64,000 bases of DNA from the human T2T-CHM13v2.0 reference genome, Homo sapiens: NCBI GenBank assembly GCA_009914755.4, contig CP068257.2, positions 6,368,001 to 6,432,000 on the forward strand. Reading direction: 5' to 3'. Below, in pieces: positions 25,501-40,999 of this stretch; position 1 is the stretch's first letter; every line of letters starts with the position of its first letter. The position numbers were made by a program, and so were the translations under genes. The notes beneath the pieces are model-generated. The model did no database searches. It was not told the DNA's origin and saw only the letters and a list, made by a program, of their open reading frames with translations.

Positions 25501-28500
25501 TGGCATGCATTGAACCCGAATGGAATGGAATGTTATGGAAAGTAATGGACTCGAATGGAATGGAACGGAATGGAATTCACCCAAATGAAGTGGAATGGAA
25601 TGCGATGGAGTCGAATTGAATGGAACGCAATGGACACGAATGGAATGGAATGGAATGGTATGGACTAGAATGGACTGGAATGGAATAGTTTAGAATGGAA
25701 TTGACGCGAATGCAATGGAATGTAATGGACTCAAAAGGAATGGAGAGGACTCAAACGGAATGGAATGGACTGGGCTCAAATGGAATGGAATGGAATTGAA
25801 TGGACTCAAATGGAATGGAAAGTAACGGAATGGAATGAACTCGAATGGAATGGAATGGACTCGAATGGAATAGAATGGATATGAATGAGATGGAACGGAA
25901 TGGGCTAAAATAGAATGGAATGGAATGGAATCGACTCGAATGAAATGGAATGCAGTGGAATGGACTGGAATGGCATGCAATGGAATGGAAGAAACTCGAA
26001 TGGAATCGAATGAACTCGAATGGAAGGGAATGGAATGGTCGCGAATGGAATGGAAAGGAATGGCATGGAATGTAATGGAAAGGAATGGAATAGAATTGAT
26101 TAGAAAGGATTGGAATAGAATGGAATGGAATGGAATAGACTGAAATGGAATGGAATGCAATGGAGTCGAATTGAATAGAGTGGGATGTACTGGATTGGAA
26201 TTTAACGGAATTTGACACTAATGAAATGGGATGAAATGGACTCGAATGAAATCGAATGGAGTGGAATGGACTCGTATGGAATGGAATGGAATGGACACGA
26301 ATGCAATGGAATGGAATTGAATGGAATGGAATGGAATTGAATGGAATGGAATGGAGTTGAATGGAATAGAATGGAATGGACTCGAATAAAATGGAATGGA
26401 ATGGAGTCGAATGGAATGGAAAGGACTCGAATGGATTAGAATGGCATGGACACAAATGGAATGGATTGGAATGGCATGGACAAGAATGGAGTAGAATGGA
26501 ATGGACTTGAATGGAATGGAATTGAATGGAATGGACTTGAATGGAATAGAATGGAATGGAATGGAATGGAATGGAATGGAAGAGAATCAAAGGGAATGTA
26601 ATGGACTCGAACGAAATGCAATTGAATGGACTCGAATGGAATGGAAATGACTCGAATGGAATAGAATGGACTCGAATGGAATGGAATGTAAGGGAATGAA
26701 ATGGAATGGAATGGCCTGTAATGTAATCGAAAGGAATTCAATGGAATGGAAGTTAATGGAATGGAATAAAATGGAATGGACTTGAATAGAATAGTATGGA
26801 AACGAATGGAATGGACTCCAATGAAATGGAATCGAATGGACTCTAATGGAACGGAATTGACTCCACTGGAATGGAATGAATTGGAATGGACTCAAATGGA
26901 ATGGAGAGGAATGGATTCGAATGGAATGGAATGGAATTGACTACAATGGAATAGAAAGGAATGGATTCGAATGGGTTTGAATATAATGGAATGGACTCAA
27001 ATGCAATAGAGTGGAATGTAATCCAATGGAATTCGAATGGAATTGAATGGACTCAAATCAAATGGAATGTAATGGATTGGAATGGACTCGAAAAGAATGG
27101 AGCTGAATGGAGTCTAAAGGAATGCAATGGACTCGAATGCAATGGAATGGAATGGACTCGAATGGAGTAGAATGGAATGGAATGGACTTATAAGAAATGG
27201 AATTGAACGGACACGAAATGTATGGAAAAGAATGAGATGGAATGAAACGGACTAGAATGGAATGGAAAGGAATGGAATGGAATGGAAAGGAATCGACTTT
27301 AATGGAATGTACACGAATGGAATGGAATTGAATGGACATGAATGGAATGGAAAGAAGTGGAATGGAATGGACTGGGATGAAATGGAATGGAATGGAATGA
27401 AATGGACTGGAATGGAATGGAATGGAATGGAGTGGAATGCAAAGGAATGGACTTGAATGGAATAGAATGGAGTGGAATGGAATGGACTCGAATGAAATTG
27501 AATGGAAAGGATTTGGAAGCAATGGAATGGACTCGAAAGGAATGTAATTGATTAGAATGGAGTGGAATGGAATGGAATGGAATGGACTCAAGAGTATTGG
27601 AACAGAATAGAGTCGAATGGACTATAATGGAATGGAATGGGCTCGAATGGAATGGATTGGAGTGGAGTGGAATGGAATGGAATAGAATGGAATGGAATGG
27701 AATGGAATGGAATGGAATGGAATGGACTTGAATGGAATAGAATGGAATCGAAGGGAATGGACTCGAATGAAATGGAATGGAATGGATTCGAATGGAATGG
27801 ACACGAGTGGAATGGATTGGAACGGACTCGAGTGGAATGGAATTGAATCGAATGGAATGGACACAAGTGGAATAGATTGGAATGGACTCAAGTGGAATGG
27901 AATTGAATCGAATGGAATGGAGTGTAAAGGATTCAAATGGAATGGAATGGAATTGAATGTACTCGAGTCGAATGGAATGTAATGGTAAGGAATGGGCTCG
28001 AATGGAATGGAATGGAATGGAATGAAAGGGACTCGAATGAAATGGAATGGAATGGAATGAACTCGAATTAAATGCGATGGAATGTAATGGAATGGAATGG
28101 ACCCAAATGGTATGCAATGGAATTTAATTGAATTTACTCGAAAGCAATGGAATGGAATGGAATGGACTCTAAAGGAAAAGAATGGAATGGAATGGAGTGG
28201 AATGGATATGAATGGAGTGGAATGGATATGAATGGAATGGAATGGAATGGACTTGAATGGAATAGAATGGAAGCGAATGGAATTGACTAGACTGAAATGG
28301 AAAATAATGGACTCGAATGGAATGGAAGGGAATCCAATGGATTGGAATGGAATGGACTCAAGTGGAATGGTATGGAATGGAATGGACTCAAGTGCAATGG
28401 AATGGAATGGAGTCGAATGGAATAGAATGGAATGGAGTGGAATCGAATGGAATAGAATATAATGGAATGGACTCGAATGGAATAGATTGGACCTGAATGG

Positions 28501-31500
28501 AAAGTAATGGAATGGAATACAATGGACTGTAAATGAATCGAATGCAATGGAATGGAATGTAAGGTAATGGAAAGGAATGGAAAGGAATGGACTTGAATGG
28601 AATAGATTGGAAGTGAATGGAATAGACAAACGATTTGGAATGGAATGGACTCTAATGGAATGGAATTGACTTGACTGCAATGGAATGAAATGGAATGGAG
28701 TGGAATGGATTCGAATAGAATGGAATGGAATTGACTAGAATGGAATAGAAAGGAATGGACTCGATTGGATTGGAATATGATGGAATGGATCAAATGGAAT
28801 GTAGTTAAAAGGAATCGAAAGGAATTCGTATGGAATTGAATGGACACGAATTGAAAGGAATGTAATGTAATGGAATGGACTCGAAAGGAATGCCGTGGAA
28901 TGGACACGAGTGGAATGGAATGGACACGAATGGAATGGAATTGAGTGGAATAGAATAGAATGGAATGGAGAGGAAGGGAATGGAAAAGAAAGGAATTGAA
29001 TGGAATTCCATAGAATGGACTGGAATGTGTTAGAATTGAATGGAATGGAATGGTCTCAAATGCATTGGAATGGACTCGGATGGAATGGAATGGAATGCAA
29101 TGGAATGGACTCGAATGGATTTGAGTGGAATTTACTAGATTGGAATCTAATGGAATGAACTCGAATGAAATGGAATGGAAAGGACTTGAAAGCAATGGAA
29201 TGGACATGAATGGAATGTAATGGAATGGAATGGACTCGAATGGAATGGAATGGAATGGACCCACCAGGATTGGAATGGAATACACTCGAATGGAATAAAA
29301 TGGAAAGGTTAGGGCTCGAGTGGAATGGAATGGACAAGAATGGAATGGAATAGAGTGAAATGGAATGGACTGTAAAGTAATGGAATGGACTTGAATGGAA
29401 AAGAACGGAATGGAAAGGAATGGACTCGAATGAAATGGAATGGAATGGACTTGAATGGAAAGGAATGGACACGAGTAGAATGGAATGGAATGGACTCGAA
29501 AGGAATGGAATTGAATTCAATCAAATAGAATGGAATGGAATGGAATGGAATGGAATGGACTCGAATGGAATGGAGTGGAATGGATATGAAAGGAATGGAA
29601 TTTAATTGAATGGATTCGAGTTGAATGGAATGTAATGGTATGGAATGCACTCGAATTGAACGGAATGGAATGCAATGACAGGGACTCGAATGAAATGGAA
29701 TGGAATGGAATGAACTCGAATTTAATGCAATGGATTGTAATGGAATGGAATGGACTCAAATGGTACGGAATGGAATTGATTGGAATCGAAAGGAGTTGAA
29801 TGGAATGGAATGGATTCGAAAGGAATGGATTGGAATTGAATTGAATGGAATGGAATGGAAAGGACTCGAATGGAAGGGAATGGAATGGACTCCAACGGAA
29901 TGAAATGGTCTCGAAGGGAATGGAATGGAAAGAAAACGACTCGAGTGGAATGGAATGGAATGCAATGGACTCTAATGGGATAGAATGAAATTGAATGGAC
30001 TCAAATGGAATGGAATGGAATGGAAGAGAATGGACTTGAATGAGATGGAATGGAATGGAAAGGACTCTAATAGAAAGAAATGTAATGGACCCGAATGTAA
30101 TGTAATGTAATGGAATCGAATGGAATGGAATGGAATGGAGAGGTACGGAATGGAATTGACCCGAATGGAATGAAATGGACTCGAATGGAATGAAATGTAA
30201 TGGAATGGAATGGAATGGACTCAAATGGAATGGAATAGAATGGAAAGGAATGGAATGGACTCTAATGGGAAGGAATCAAAAGCAAAAAACTTCAGTGAAA
30301 TGGAATGGTATGGAATGGAATGCACTCAAATGGAATGGAATAGAATTGAATCTAATGGAATCGAAAGGAATGTACTCCAATGGAATTGAATGGAGTGCAG
30401 TGGACTCGAATGCAATGGAGTGGAATGGATATGAATGGAATGGATGGAATGGAATGGAATGAAATGGAATGGAATGAAATGGATTGGAATGGAATGGAAG
30501 GGAATTGAATGGAATAGAATGGAATGGGAATGAAATGGACTCGAATGAACTGGAAAAGTATGCGCTTGAATAGAATGTAATGGACACGAATGTATTGTAA
30601 TGGAATGCACTCGAACGGAATGGAATGCAATGGAATGGACTCAAGTGGAATGGAACGGAACGGACTCGAACGGAATAGAATGGACTTGAATGGAATGGAA
30701 TGGACAAGAATGGAAAGTAATTGAATGGAATGGAATGGACTGTAATGGAATCGAATGGAAAGTAATGGAATGGAATGGAATGGAATGGAATGGAATGGAC
30801 TTGAATGGAATAGATTGGAAAGGAATGGAATAGACTCGAATGAATTGTAATGGAATGGACACTAATGGAATGGAATTGACTCGCCTGGAATGGAATGAAA
30901 TGGAATGGACTCAAATGCAACGGAGTGGAATGGATTCGAATGGAATGGAATGGAATGGACTAGAATGGAATAGAAAGCAATGGACTCGAATGAATTGGAA
31001 TATAATGGAATGGACCCAAATAGAATGGAGGGGAATGGAATCAAAAGGAATTCGAATGGAATTGAATGGTTACGAATTGAATGTAATGTAATGGAATTGA
31101 ATGGACTCGAAAGGAATGGAGTGGAATGGACTCGAATGAAATGGAATGGACTCGAATGGAATGGAATGGACTGGACCCGAATGGAATGGAATGGAATTGA
31201 GTGGAATGGAATAGAATGGAATGGAATGGAATGGAATGGAATGGAATGCAATAGAATGGACTGTAATCGATTGGAATTGAATGGAATGGAATGGTCTCGA
31301 ATGCAGTGGAATGGACTCCAATGGAATGGAATGGAATGGAATGAAATGAAATGGAATGCACTCGAATGTATTTGAGTGGAATTTACTGTATTGGAATCTA
31401 ACGTTATGGACTCTAACGGAATGGAATGGAATGGACTTGAATGGAATGGAATGGACATGAAACGTATGGAATTGAATTTGATGGAATGGAATGTATTGCA

Positions 31501-34500
31501 ATGGAAGGGATTGGAATAGACTGGAATGGAACGGAATGGACTTGAATGAAATAGAATGGAATGGAATGGACACGAATGAAATTGAATGGAAAGTATTCAA
31601 ATGCAATGCAATGGACTCGAATGTAATGGAATGTAATGGACTCGAATTGAATCGAATGGAATGGACTCAAGTGGGATGGAATGGAATGGACTTGAATGGA
31701 ATAGAATGGAATGGAATGGACTCGAATGGAACAGAATGGAATGGAATGGAATGTACTTGAATGGAAAAGAATGGAATGGAATGGAATGTACTCGAATGGA
31801 TTCGAACTGAATGGACATGAATGGAAAGGAAAGGAACGGAATGGAATGGAATGGAAAGGAATGGACTTGAATGCAATAAAATGGAGTGGAAGGGAATGGA
31901 CTAGAATTAAATGGAATGGAAAAGACTTGAAAACAATGCAATGGATTCGAATGGACTCGAATGGAATGGAATGGAATGGACTCACAAGGAATGGAATGGA
32001 ATAGACTCGAATGGAATATAATGGAAAGGATTGGGCTCGAATGGAATGGAATGCAATGGACACAAATGGAACGGAATAGAGTGAAATGGAATGTACTGGA
32101 ATGGAATGGACTTGAATGGAATAGAATGCAATGGAAAGGAATCAACTCCAATGAACTGGAATGGAATGGACTTGCATGGAGTGGAATGGACACAAGTGGA
32201 ATGGAATGGAATGGATTCGAATGGAATGGAATGGACTCGAATGGAATGGAGTTTAATGGATTCGAATGGAATGAAATGGAATGGAATGGAATGGACTGAA
32301 GTCGAATGGAATGTAATGGTATGTAATGGACTCGAATGGAATGTAACGGAGTGCAATCAAAGGGACTCGAAATAAATGGAATGCAGTGAAGTCGAATTTA
32401 ATGCAATGGATTTTGATGGAATGGAATGGACTCAAATGTTACGGAATGGAATTGAATGGACTTGAAAGGAATTGAATGGAATGGAATGCACTCGAAAGGA
32501 ATGGAACGGACTTGAATGGAAGGGAATGGAATGGACTCCAATGGAATGAAATGGTCTCGAAGGGAATGGAATGGAATGAAAACTACTCGAGTGGAATGGA
32601 ATGGAATTGAATGGAATGGAATGGACTCTAATGGGATAGAATGGAATTGAATGGACACTAATGGAATGGAATGGAATGGAATGGAATGGAATGGAATGGA
32701 ATGTACTGGAATGTACTGGAATGAAATGCTGTTGAATTGAATGGATCCGAAAGGAATGGAAAAGAATGGAATGGAATGGAATGGACCTGAATGGGATGGA
32801 ATGGAATGGAAAGGACTCTAAAGGAATGGAATGGAATGGAATGGAGTGGAATGGACTCAAATTGAATGGAATGGAATGGAAAAGACTGGACCTCAATGGG
32901 ATGGAATGGAATGGAAATGACACTAATGGAATAGAATGGAATGGACCCAGATGGAATGGAAAGGAATGGACTCGAAAAGAATGGACTTGAATGGAATGGA
33001 ATGGATTGGAATGGACTCGAATGGAATGGAATGGAATGGACTCGAATGGATTGGAAAGGAATGGCACCGAATGGAATGGAATGGAATGTAGTGGAATGCA
33101 ATGGAATAGACTGGAATGGAATGGAATGGTATGAAAGGGAATGGACTTGAATGGAATAGAATGGAATGGATTGGAATGGACTCGAAAGTAATGGAATGTA
33201 ATGGACTCGAATGGAATATAATGGACACAAATGCATCGGAATGGAATGGAATGGACTCGAATGGAATACAATGGAATTTAAGTGAATAGACTATATTGGA
33301 ATGGAATGGAATGGTCTCGAATGGAATAGAACGGGATAGACTCGAATGTAATAGAATGCAATGGAATGACCTCGAATGGAATGGAATGGAATATACTGGA
33401 ATGGAATTAAATGGACTCTAATGCAATGCAGTTGAATTGAATGGTCACGAAAGCAACGGAATAGAATGGAATGGAATGGAATCGAACGGAATGGAAAGAA
33501 ATGGACTCGAGTGGAATGCAATGGAATGGAATAGACTCGAATGGAATGGAGTGGAAAAGAATGGAATGGACTCGAACTGAATGGAATGGAACGGTAATAA
33601 ATGGAATGGAATGGAATGGAGTGTTCACAAATGGAACAGAAAGGAATGGAATAGAATGGAATTTACTCGAATGGGATAGAATAGAATGGAATAGACTCAA
33701 ATTGAATGGAATGGAGTGGAATGGACTCGTATGGAATGGAATTGAATGGACTCTAATGGAATTGAATGGAATGGAGTGGAATGGAATGGAATGGACTCGA
33801 ATGGGATGGAATGGAATTGAGCATAATGGAATTGTATGGAATGGACCCGAATGGAATGAAATGGAATGAAATGTACAAGAATTGAATGAAATGGAATGGA
33901 TTAGTCTCAAATGGAATTGAATGGAATGGAATGGATTCCAATGGAATGGAATGGAATGGAATTCACTCGAACAGAATGGAGTTGAAGGGACTCGAATGGA
34001 ATGGAATGGAATTGAATGGACTGGAATATAATGGAATGGAATGAAATGGAATGAACTCTAACAGAATGAAATATAATGGAATGAAATGGACTCGAATGGA
34101 ATTGAATGGACTCGAATGGAATGGAATGCAATGGCATGGAATGTAATGGAAAGGACTCGAGTGGAATGCAGATGAATTGAATGGACCCGAAATGAATGGA
34201 AAGGAATATAATGGAATTTAATGGATTGGAATGGAAATGAATAAAATGGACTTGAATGGAATGGAAAGGAACGGAACGGAGTCGAATGAAATGCAATGGA
34301 CCCGAATGAAGTGCAATGGAATGGAATCGACTCGAATGTAATGGAAAGGAATAGACTCGAATGAAATGGAATGCAGTTGAATGGATTGGAATGACATGCA
34401 ATGGAATGGAATAGACTCGAATGGAATAGGATGGAATGGGATGCAGTGGACTCGAATATAATAGAATGGAATGGAAACGAATGGAATGGAAAGGAATGGA

Positions 34501-37500
34501 ATGGAATGGATTGGAATAGAGTGGAATGGAATGGAATGGAATGGACTCAAATGGAATGAAATGGAACGGACTCAAATGGAATCGAATGGAATTTACTGGA
34601 TTGGAACCTAATGGAATGGGCTCTAATGGAATGCAAAGGAATGGAATCGAATGAAATGGAATGGATTCGAATGGAATGGATTCGAATGGAATGGAATGGA
34701 ATGGAATGGATCTGAAAGGAATTGAATGGAATGGAATGCACTCGAATCAAATGGAATGGAATGGAGTCAAATGGAATGGAATGGACTCGAATGCAATGGA
34801 ATGGAATGGACTGTAGTGGAATGGAAATAAATGGACTCAAATGCAATACAAAGCAGTTGAATGGATTCAAATGGAATGTAATGGAATGGATACGAATAGA
34901 ATGGAATGGAATGACATGGAATGGAAGGGAACAGAATGGACTTGTATGGTATAGAATGAAAAGGAATGGAATGTTGTCAAATGATATGGAATGGAATGCA
35001 CTCGAATGGAACGGAATGGACTCGAGTGGAATGGAATGGACTCGAATGTAATGAAATGGAATGGACTGAAATGCAATGGAATGGAATGTAATCGAATGGA
35101 GAGGAATGGACACGAATGGAGTGGAATTGAATGGAATGGAATGGTCACGAATGGAATAGAAGGGAATGAAATGGAACGGACTAGAAGGGAATGGAATGCA
35201 ATGGATTAGAATGGAATAGAATGGAATGAACTCTACAGGAATAGAATGGAATGGAATGGACTCGAATGGAATGCAATGAAATGGACATGAAAGGAAACGA
35301 ATGGTATTGAATGGAATGGAATGGAATTGAATGGAATGGAATGAAATGGACTCGAATAGAATGGAATGGAATGGACTCGAATGGAATGGCAAGGAATGGA
35401 CTCGAATGGAATGGAATGGACTTGAGTGGATTGGAATGGAATGGAAACGACTCGAGTGAAATGGAATGGAATGGAATGCACTAGAATGGAATGGAATGGA
35501 ACGGACTCGACTGGAATAGAAAGTAATGGACTCGAATAGAATGCAATGGAATGGTATATACTCAAATGCAATGGAGTGGAATGGACTCGAACAGAATGGA
35601 AAGGAATTTAATAGACTGAAATCGAATGGAATGTAAAGGTATGGAATGGACTCGTATGGAATGGAATGGAATGGAATCAAATGAACTTAAATGGAATGGA
35701 ATGCACACGAATGAAATGGAATGGAATGGAATGGATTTAATGGAATGCAAGGACATGGACTAGAAAGCAATGGAATGGTATTGAGTGGAATAGAATGGAA
35801 TGGAATGGAATGAAATGGACTCGAATGGAATGGAATGGAATGGAATAGAATGGACTCAAATGGAATGGCATGGAATGGAATGGAATGGAATCGAATGGAA
35901 TGGAATGGAATGGAAAAGACTCAAGAGAAATGGAATGGAATGCAATGGAATGCACTCGAATGGAATGGAAAGCAATTGACTCTAATGGAATAGAAAAAAT
36001 AATGGAATGGAATGGAATGGAATGGAATGGACTCGAATGCAATGGACTGGAATGGACTCGAATGCAATGGAAAGGAATTTGATGCATTCAAATCGAATGG
36101 AATGTAACGGTATGGAATGGCCCCGTATGGAATGTAATGGAATACAATGGAATCAAATGAACACGAATGGAATGGAATGTACAAGAAAGGAATGGAATGA
36201 AACCGAATGGAATGGAATGGACTCAAAATTAATGGAATGGAAGTCAATGGACTCGAAATGAATGGAATGGAATGGAATGAAATGGAATAGAATGGAATCA
36301 AATGGAATGGAATGTACTCGAATGGAATGGAATGGAAACGACTCGAGTGGAATGAAATGGAATGGAATGGAATCAAATGGAATGGACTTGAATGTACTCA
36401 AATGGAATGGAATGGAATGGAATGGCATCGTCTCGAATGGAATGGAATGGAATGCATTTGAATAGACTCACAGAAAATGGAATGGAGTTGACATGAATGG
36501 AATTGAAAGGAATAGACTGCAATGGAATTAAATGAAATGGAATGGACTCGAAAGAAATGGAATGGAATGGATTTGAATGGAATGGAATGGAATGGAATGC
36601 AATGGAATGGAATGGAATGGAATGATATCAAATTGAATGACATGGAATGGACTCAAATGGAATGAGTATGGATTGGATGGTCTCGAATAGAATGGAATGG
36701 AATGGACTCAAATGGAATGGAATGGAATAGAATGGACTCGAATATAGTGGAATGAAATTGCCTCGAATGGAATGGAATGGATTCGAATGGAATGGAATGG
36801 ACACGAATGGAGCAGAATGGAATGGACTTGAATGGAATGGAATGGAATGGACTCGAATGGAATGGAATTGAATGAACTCAAATGGAATTGAGTGGAATGG
36901 AATCAACTCGAATGTAATGGAATGGAATGCAATCAAATGGAATGTAATGGACTCTAGTTGAATGGAATGGAATGGTATGGTCTCAAATGGAATAGAATGG
37001 AATGGAACGGATTCAAAAGGAATAGAATGGAATGGTTTCGAATCTAATGGAGTGGAATGGAATGGACTCGAATGGAAAGGAGTGAAATGGAATGTAACGG
37101 AATGGAATTTATTGGACTCGAATGGAATGGAAAGGAACTGAATGGACTCAAAACGATTGGATTGGAATGGCATGGAATGGAATTGAATGGACTGAAAAAG
37201 AGTGGATTGGAATGGAATGGAATGGAATGGAATGGACTAAAGTGGAATAGAAATGAATCAACTCAAATAGAATGGAATGGAATAGAATGGACTCTAATGC
37301 AATAGAGTAGAATGGACTCGAATGGAATGGAAAGGAACTAAATGGAATGGAATCGAATGGAATGGAAAGGACTCGAATGGAATGGAATGGAAAGGAATGG
37401 ACCCGAATGGAATGGAATGCAATGGAATGGAATGGTATGCATTGGGATGGAATGGTACGGATTAAAATGGAGTTGAATTGAATAGAAAGGGATAGAATGG

Positions 37501-40500
37501 AATGAATTTAAAAGGAATGGAATGGAGTGAACTACTTTCGAATGGAAAGGCCACGAATTGAATGAAATGGAATGGAACAGACTCGAATGGAATAGATTGG
37601 AATTTAGTGGAATGTACTCTATTGGAATGAAATGGAATGCATTCGAACGGAATAGAATTGAATGGAATGGACTCAAATGGAATGCAATGGAATGGTCCCA
37701 AATGGAAAGTAAAGGAATGGAATAGACTTGAAAGGAATGTAATATAATTGAATGGAATGGAATTGACTCTAATGGAATGAAATTGAATGGATTCGAATGG
37801 AATGGTATGTATTGGCATCGAATGGCATGAAATGAACTGGGTGCAAATGTAATGTAATGTAATGTGAAGGAATGGAATGGAATATAATGTAATGGAATGC
37901 AATGAAATAGAATGGAATAGAATGGAAAGAAGAGGAATGGAGAGAAATGGAATGGAATGGAATGGAATAGATTTCAATGGAATAGAATGGAATGGAATTG
38001 ATTGGAATGGAATGGAATGGAATGGAATGGATTGGAAAGGAATGGAATGGACTTGAAAGGAAAGAAATCAAATGGATTGGCCTCGAATGGAATAGTATGG
38101 AATTTACTGTATTGGAATCCAATGGAATGGACTCTAATGGAATGGAATGGACTCCAGTGGAATGGAAGGGAAATATATGCACTCAAATGGAATGGAATGG
38201 AATGGAATGTATTGGTATGGTATGGAATGGATGGAATGGACTCGAATGGAAAAGAATGGAATAGTATGGAATGGAATGGAATGGAATGGACTAGACTGGA
38301 AAGGAATGGAATGGAATGGACTAGGCTCAAATGGAATTGAATGGAATGGAATGGAATGGAATAGAATGGACTGGAATGTAATGAGTTTGAAATGGACTGG
38401 AGAGGAATGTAATGTAATGTAATGGAATGGAATGGAATGGAATTTACTCTAATGGGATGGAATGGATTGGAATTTACTCGAATGGAATGGAATGGAACTG
38501 AATGGAATGGAATGGACTCGAATGATATGCAATGAAATGGACTCAAATGAACTGGAATGCACTCTAGTTGAATGGAATGGAATAGAGTGGACTCCAGTGG
38601 AAAGGAGTGGAATGGATTCGAATGGAATGCAATGGAATTGAATGGATTTGAATAGATCGGAATATAATGGTACAGAATGGACACGAATGGAATGGAATGG
38701 AATGGAATGAAATGGACTCCAATGGAACGGAATGGAATGGAATCTAATGGAATGGTATGGATTGGAATAGAATGGAATGTTATCATATTTTATGGAACAG
38801 AAATGAATGGACTCGAAAGGAATGAAATGGAATGGAATGGACTCTAATGGAATATAATGGAATGAACTCCAAAGGAATGGAATGGACTCGAAAAGAATGG
38901 AATGGAATGGAAGGGACTCGACTGGAATGGAATCGAATACAAAGGCCTCAAATGGGATGGAATGGAATCAAAAGGACTCGAATGGAATGGAATGCAATGG
39001 AATCGAAAGGAATGGAATGGACCCGAATGGAATGGATAGGAATGCAATGGAATCAAATGTGTGGAATGTATAGGAATGGATTCGAATGGAATGGATAGGA
39101 ATGGACCAGAATGCAATGGAAATGAATATTGTCAAGTGGAAAGAAATGGAATGTCATGGACTCGAATGGAATGGAATAGATTCGAATAGAATGGAAAGAA
39201 ATGGACCAGAATGGGATGCAATGGAATGGAATGGAATGGTATGGTATGGAATGGAATGGATTTGAATGAATAGAATTGAAAGGACTGGAATGGACTCAAA
39301 TGGAATGGAATGGACATGAATGGAAAGGAATGGTATGGAAAGAACTCGAATGGAGTACAATGGAATTTAATGAAATGGACTCTAATGGAATGGAATGGAA
39401 TGTACTTGAATGGAATAGAATGGAAGATGCTCGAATGGAATGGAATGGAATGGAATTGACTCGAGTATAATGGAATGCATTCAAAAGGAATATAATGTAA
39501 TGGACCTGAATGGCATGGAGATAATGGAGTGGAATGGAATAGAATGGAATGGAGAGGAGTTGAATAGAGTGAAATGAAATGGACTCAAAAGGAATAGAAT
39601 GGTATTGAATGGAATGCAATGGAATGGAATGGAAAGGAAGGGAATGGAATGTAATTGAATGGAGTTGAATGGAAGGAATGGAATCAAAAGGAATGGAATG
39701 GAATGGCAACAAAGGGATTGGAATGGAATGGAATGGAGTGGAATGCAATAGAATTTAATGGAATGGACCCGCATGGAATGCAATGGAAAGGAATGGACTC
39801 GAATGGAATGGAATGGACTCGAATGGAATGCAATGGAATGGAATGGAATGGAAAAGAAAGGAATGGAATGGAATGGAATGGAATGAGGTTGGAATGAGTT
39901 TGGAATTGACTGGAATGGAATGGGCCCAAAAGGAATGGAATGGAATGGAATGGAACGGAATGGAATGGAATGGAAAAGAATGAAATGGAATAGAATCGAC
40001 TGGAATTTAATGAGTTTGGAATGGAATGCAATGGAATGGAATGGAATGCAATGGAATGGAATGGAATGGAATTTACTCAAATGGAATGGAATGGAATGGA
40101 ATTTACTTGAATGGAATGGAATGGAATGGACTGAAATGTAATTGCATGAAATGGAACGGAGTCGACTTGAACGGAATAGAATTAAGAAGACTCGAATGGA
40201 ATGAAATGGTATGAAATGGACTCAAATGGAATGGAATGGAATTGAATCAAGTGGAATGGAATGGAATTGAATGGACTCGAAAATATTGGGATGGAATACG
40301 CTGGAATGGACTCGAATGAAATGGAATGGAACGGGATGGAATGCACTTGAATGCAATGGAATGCAACGGAATGGACTCAAATAGAATGGAATGAAATTGA
40401 CTCGAATGGAATTGAATGGAATGTAATGGAATCGTGTTGTATGGAATGGAATGGATTTGAGTGGAATAGAATGAACGGAATGGAATGGACTGGAAAGGAG

Positions 40501-40999
40501 TGGAATGGAATGGACTCGAAAGGAATGGAATGGACTCGAACGGAATGGAAAGGAATGTACCCGAATGGAATGGAAAGGAATGGAATGGAATGGTATGGTA
40601 TGGAATGGAATGGATTTGAATGCAATAGAATGAAGGGAATTTAATGGACTTGAAAGGATTCGAATTTAATAAGTGGAATGGACTCCAATGGAATGGAATG
40701 GAATGGACTTTAATGCAATGGAGTGAAATGGAATGGACTCAAATGGAATGGAATGGAATTGACGCTAATGGAAATGAATGGAATAATACCGAATGGAAAG
40801 GAATGGAATGGAATGGAATGGAATGGAATAGAATAGACTGGAATACAATGTGTTTGGAATGGACTCGACTGGAATGGAATGGAATTGAATTGAATGGACT
40901 CAAACGGAATAGCATAGAATGGAATGGACTCAAACGCAATGGAATGGAATGCATTTGAATGGATTGGAATGGACTCGAATGGAATGGATTTGAATGGAC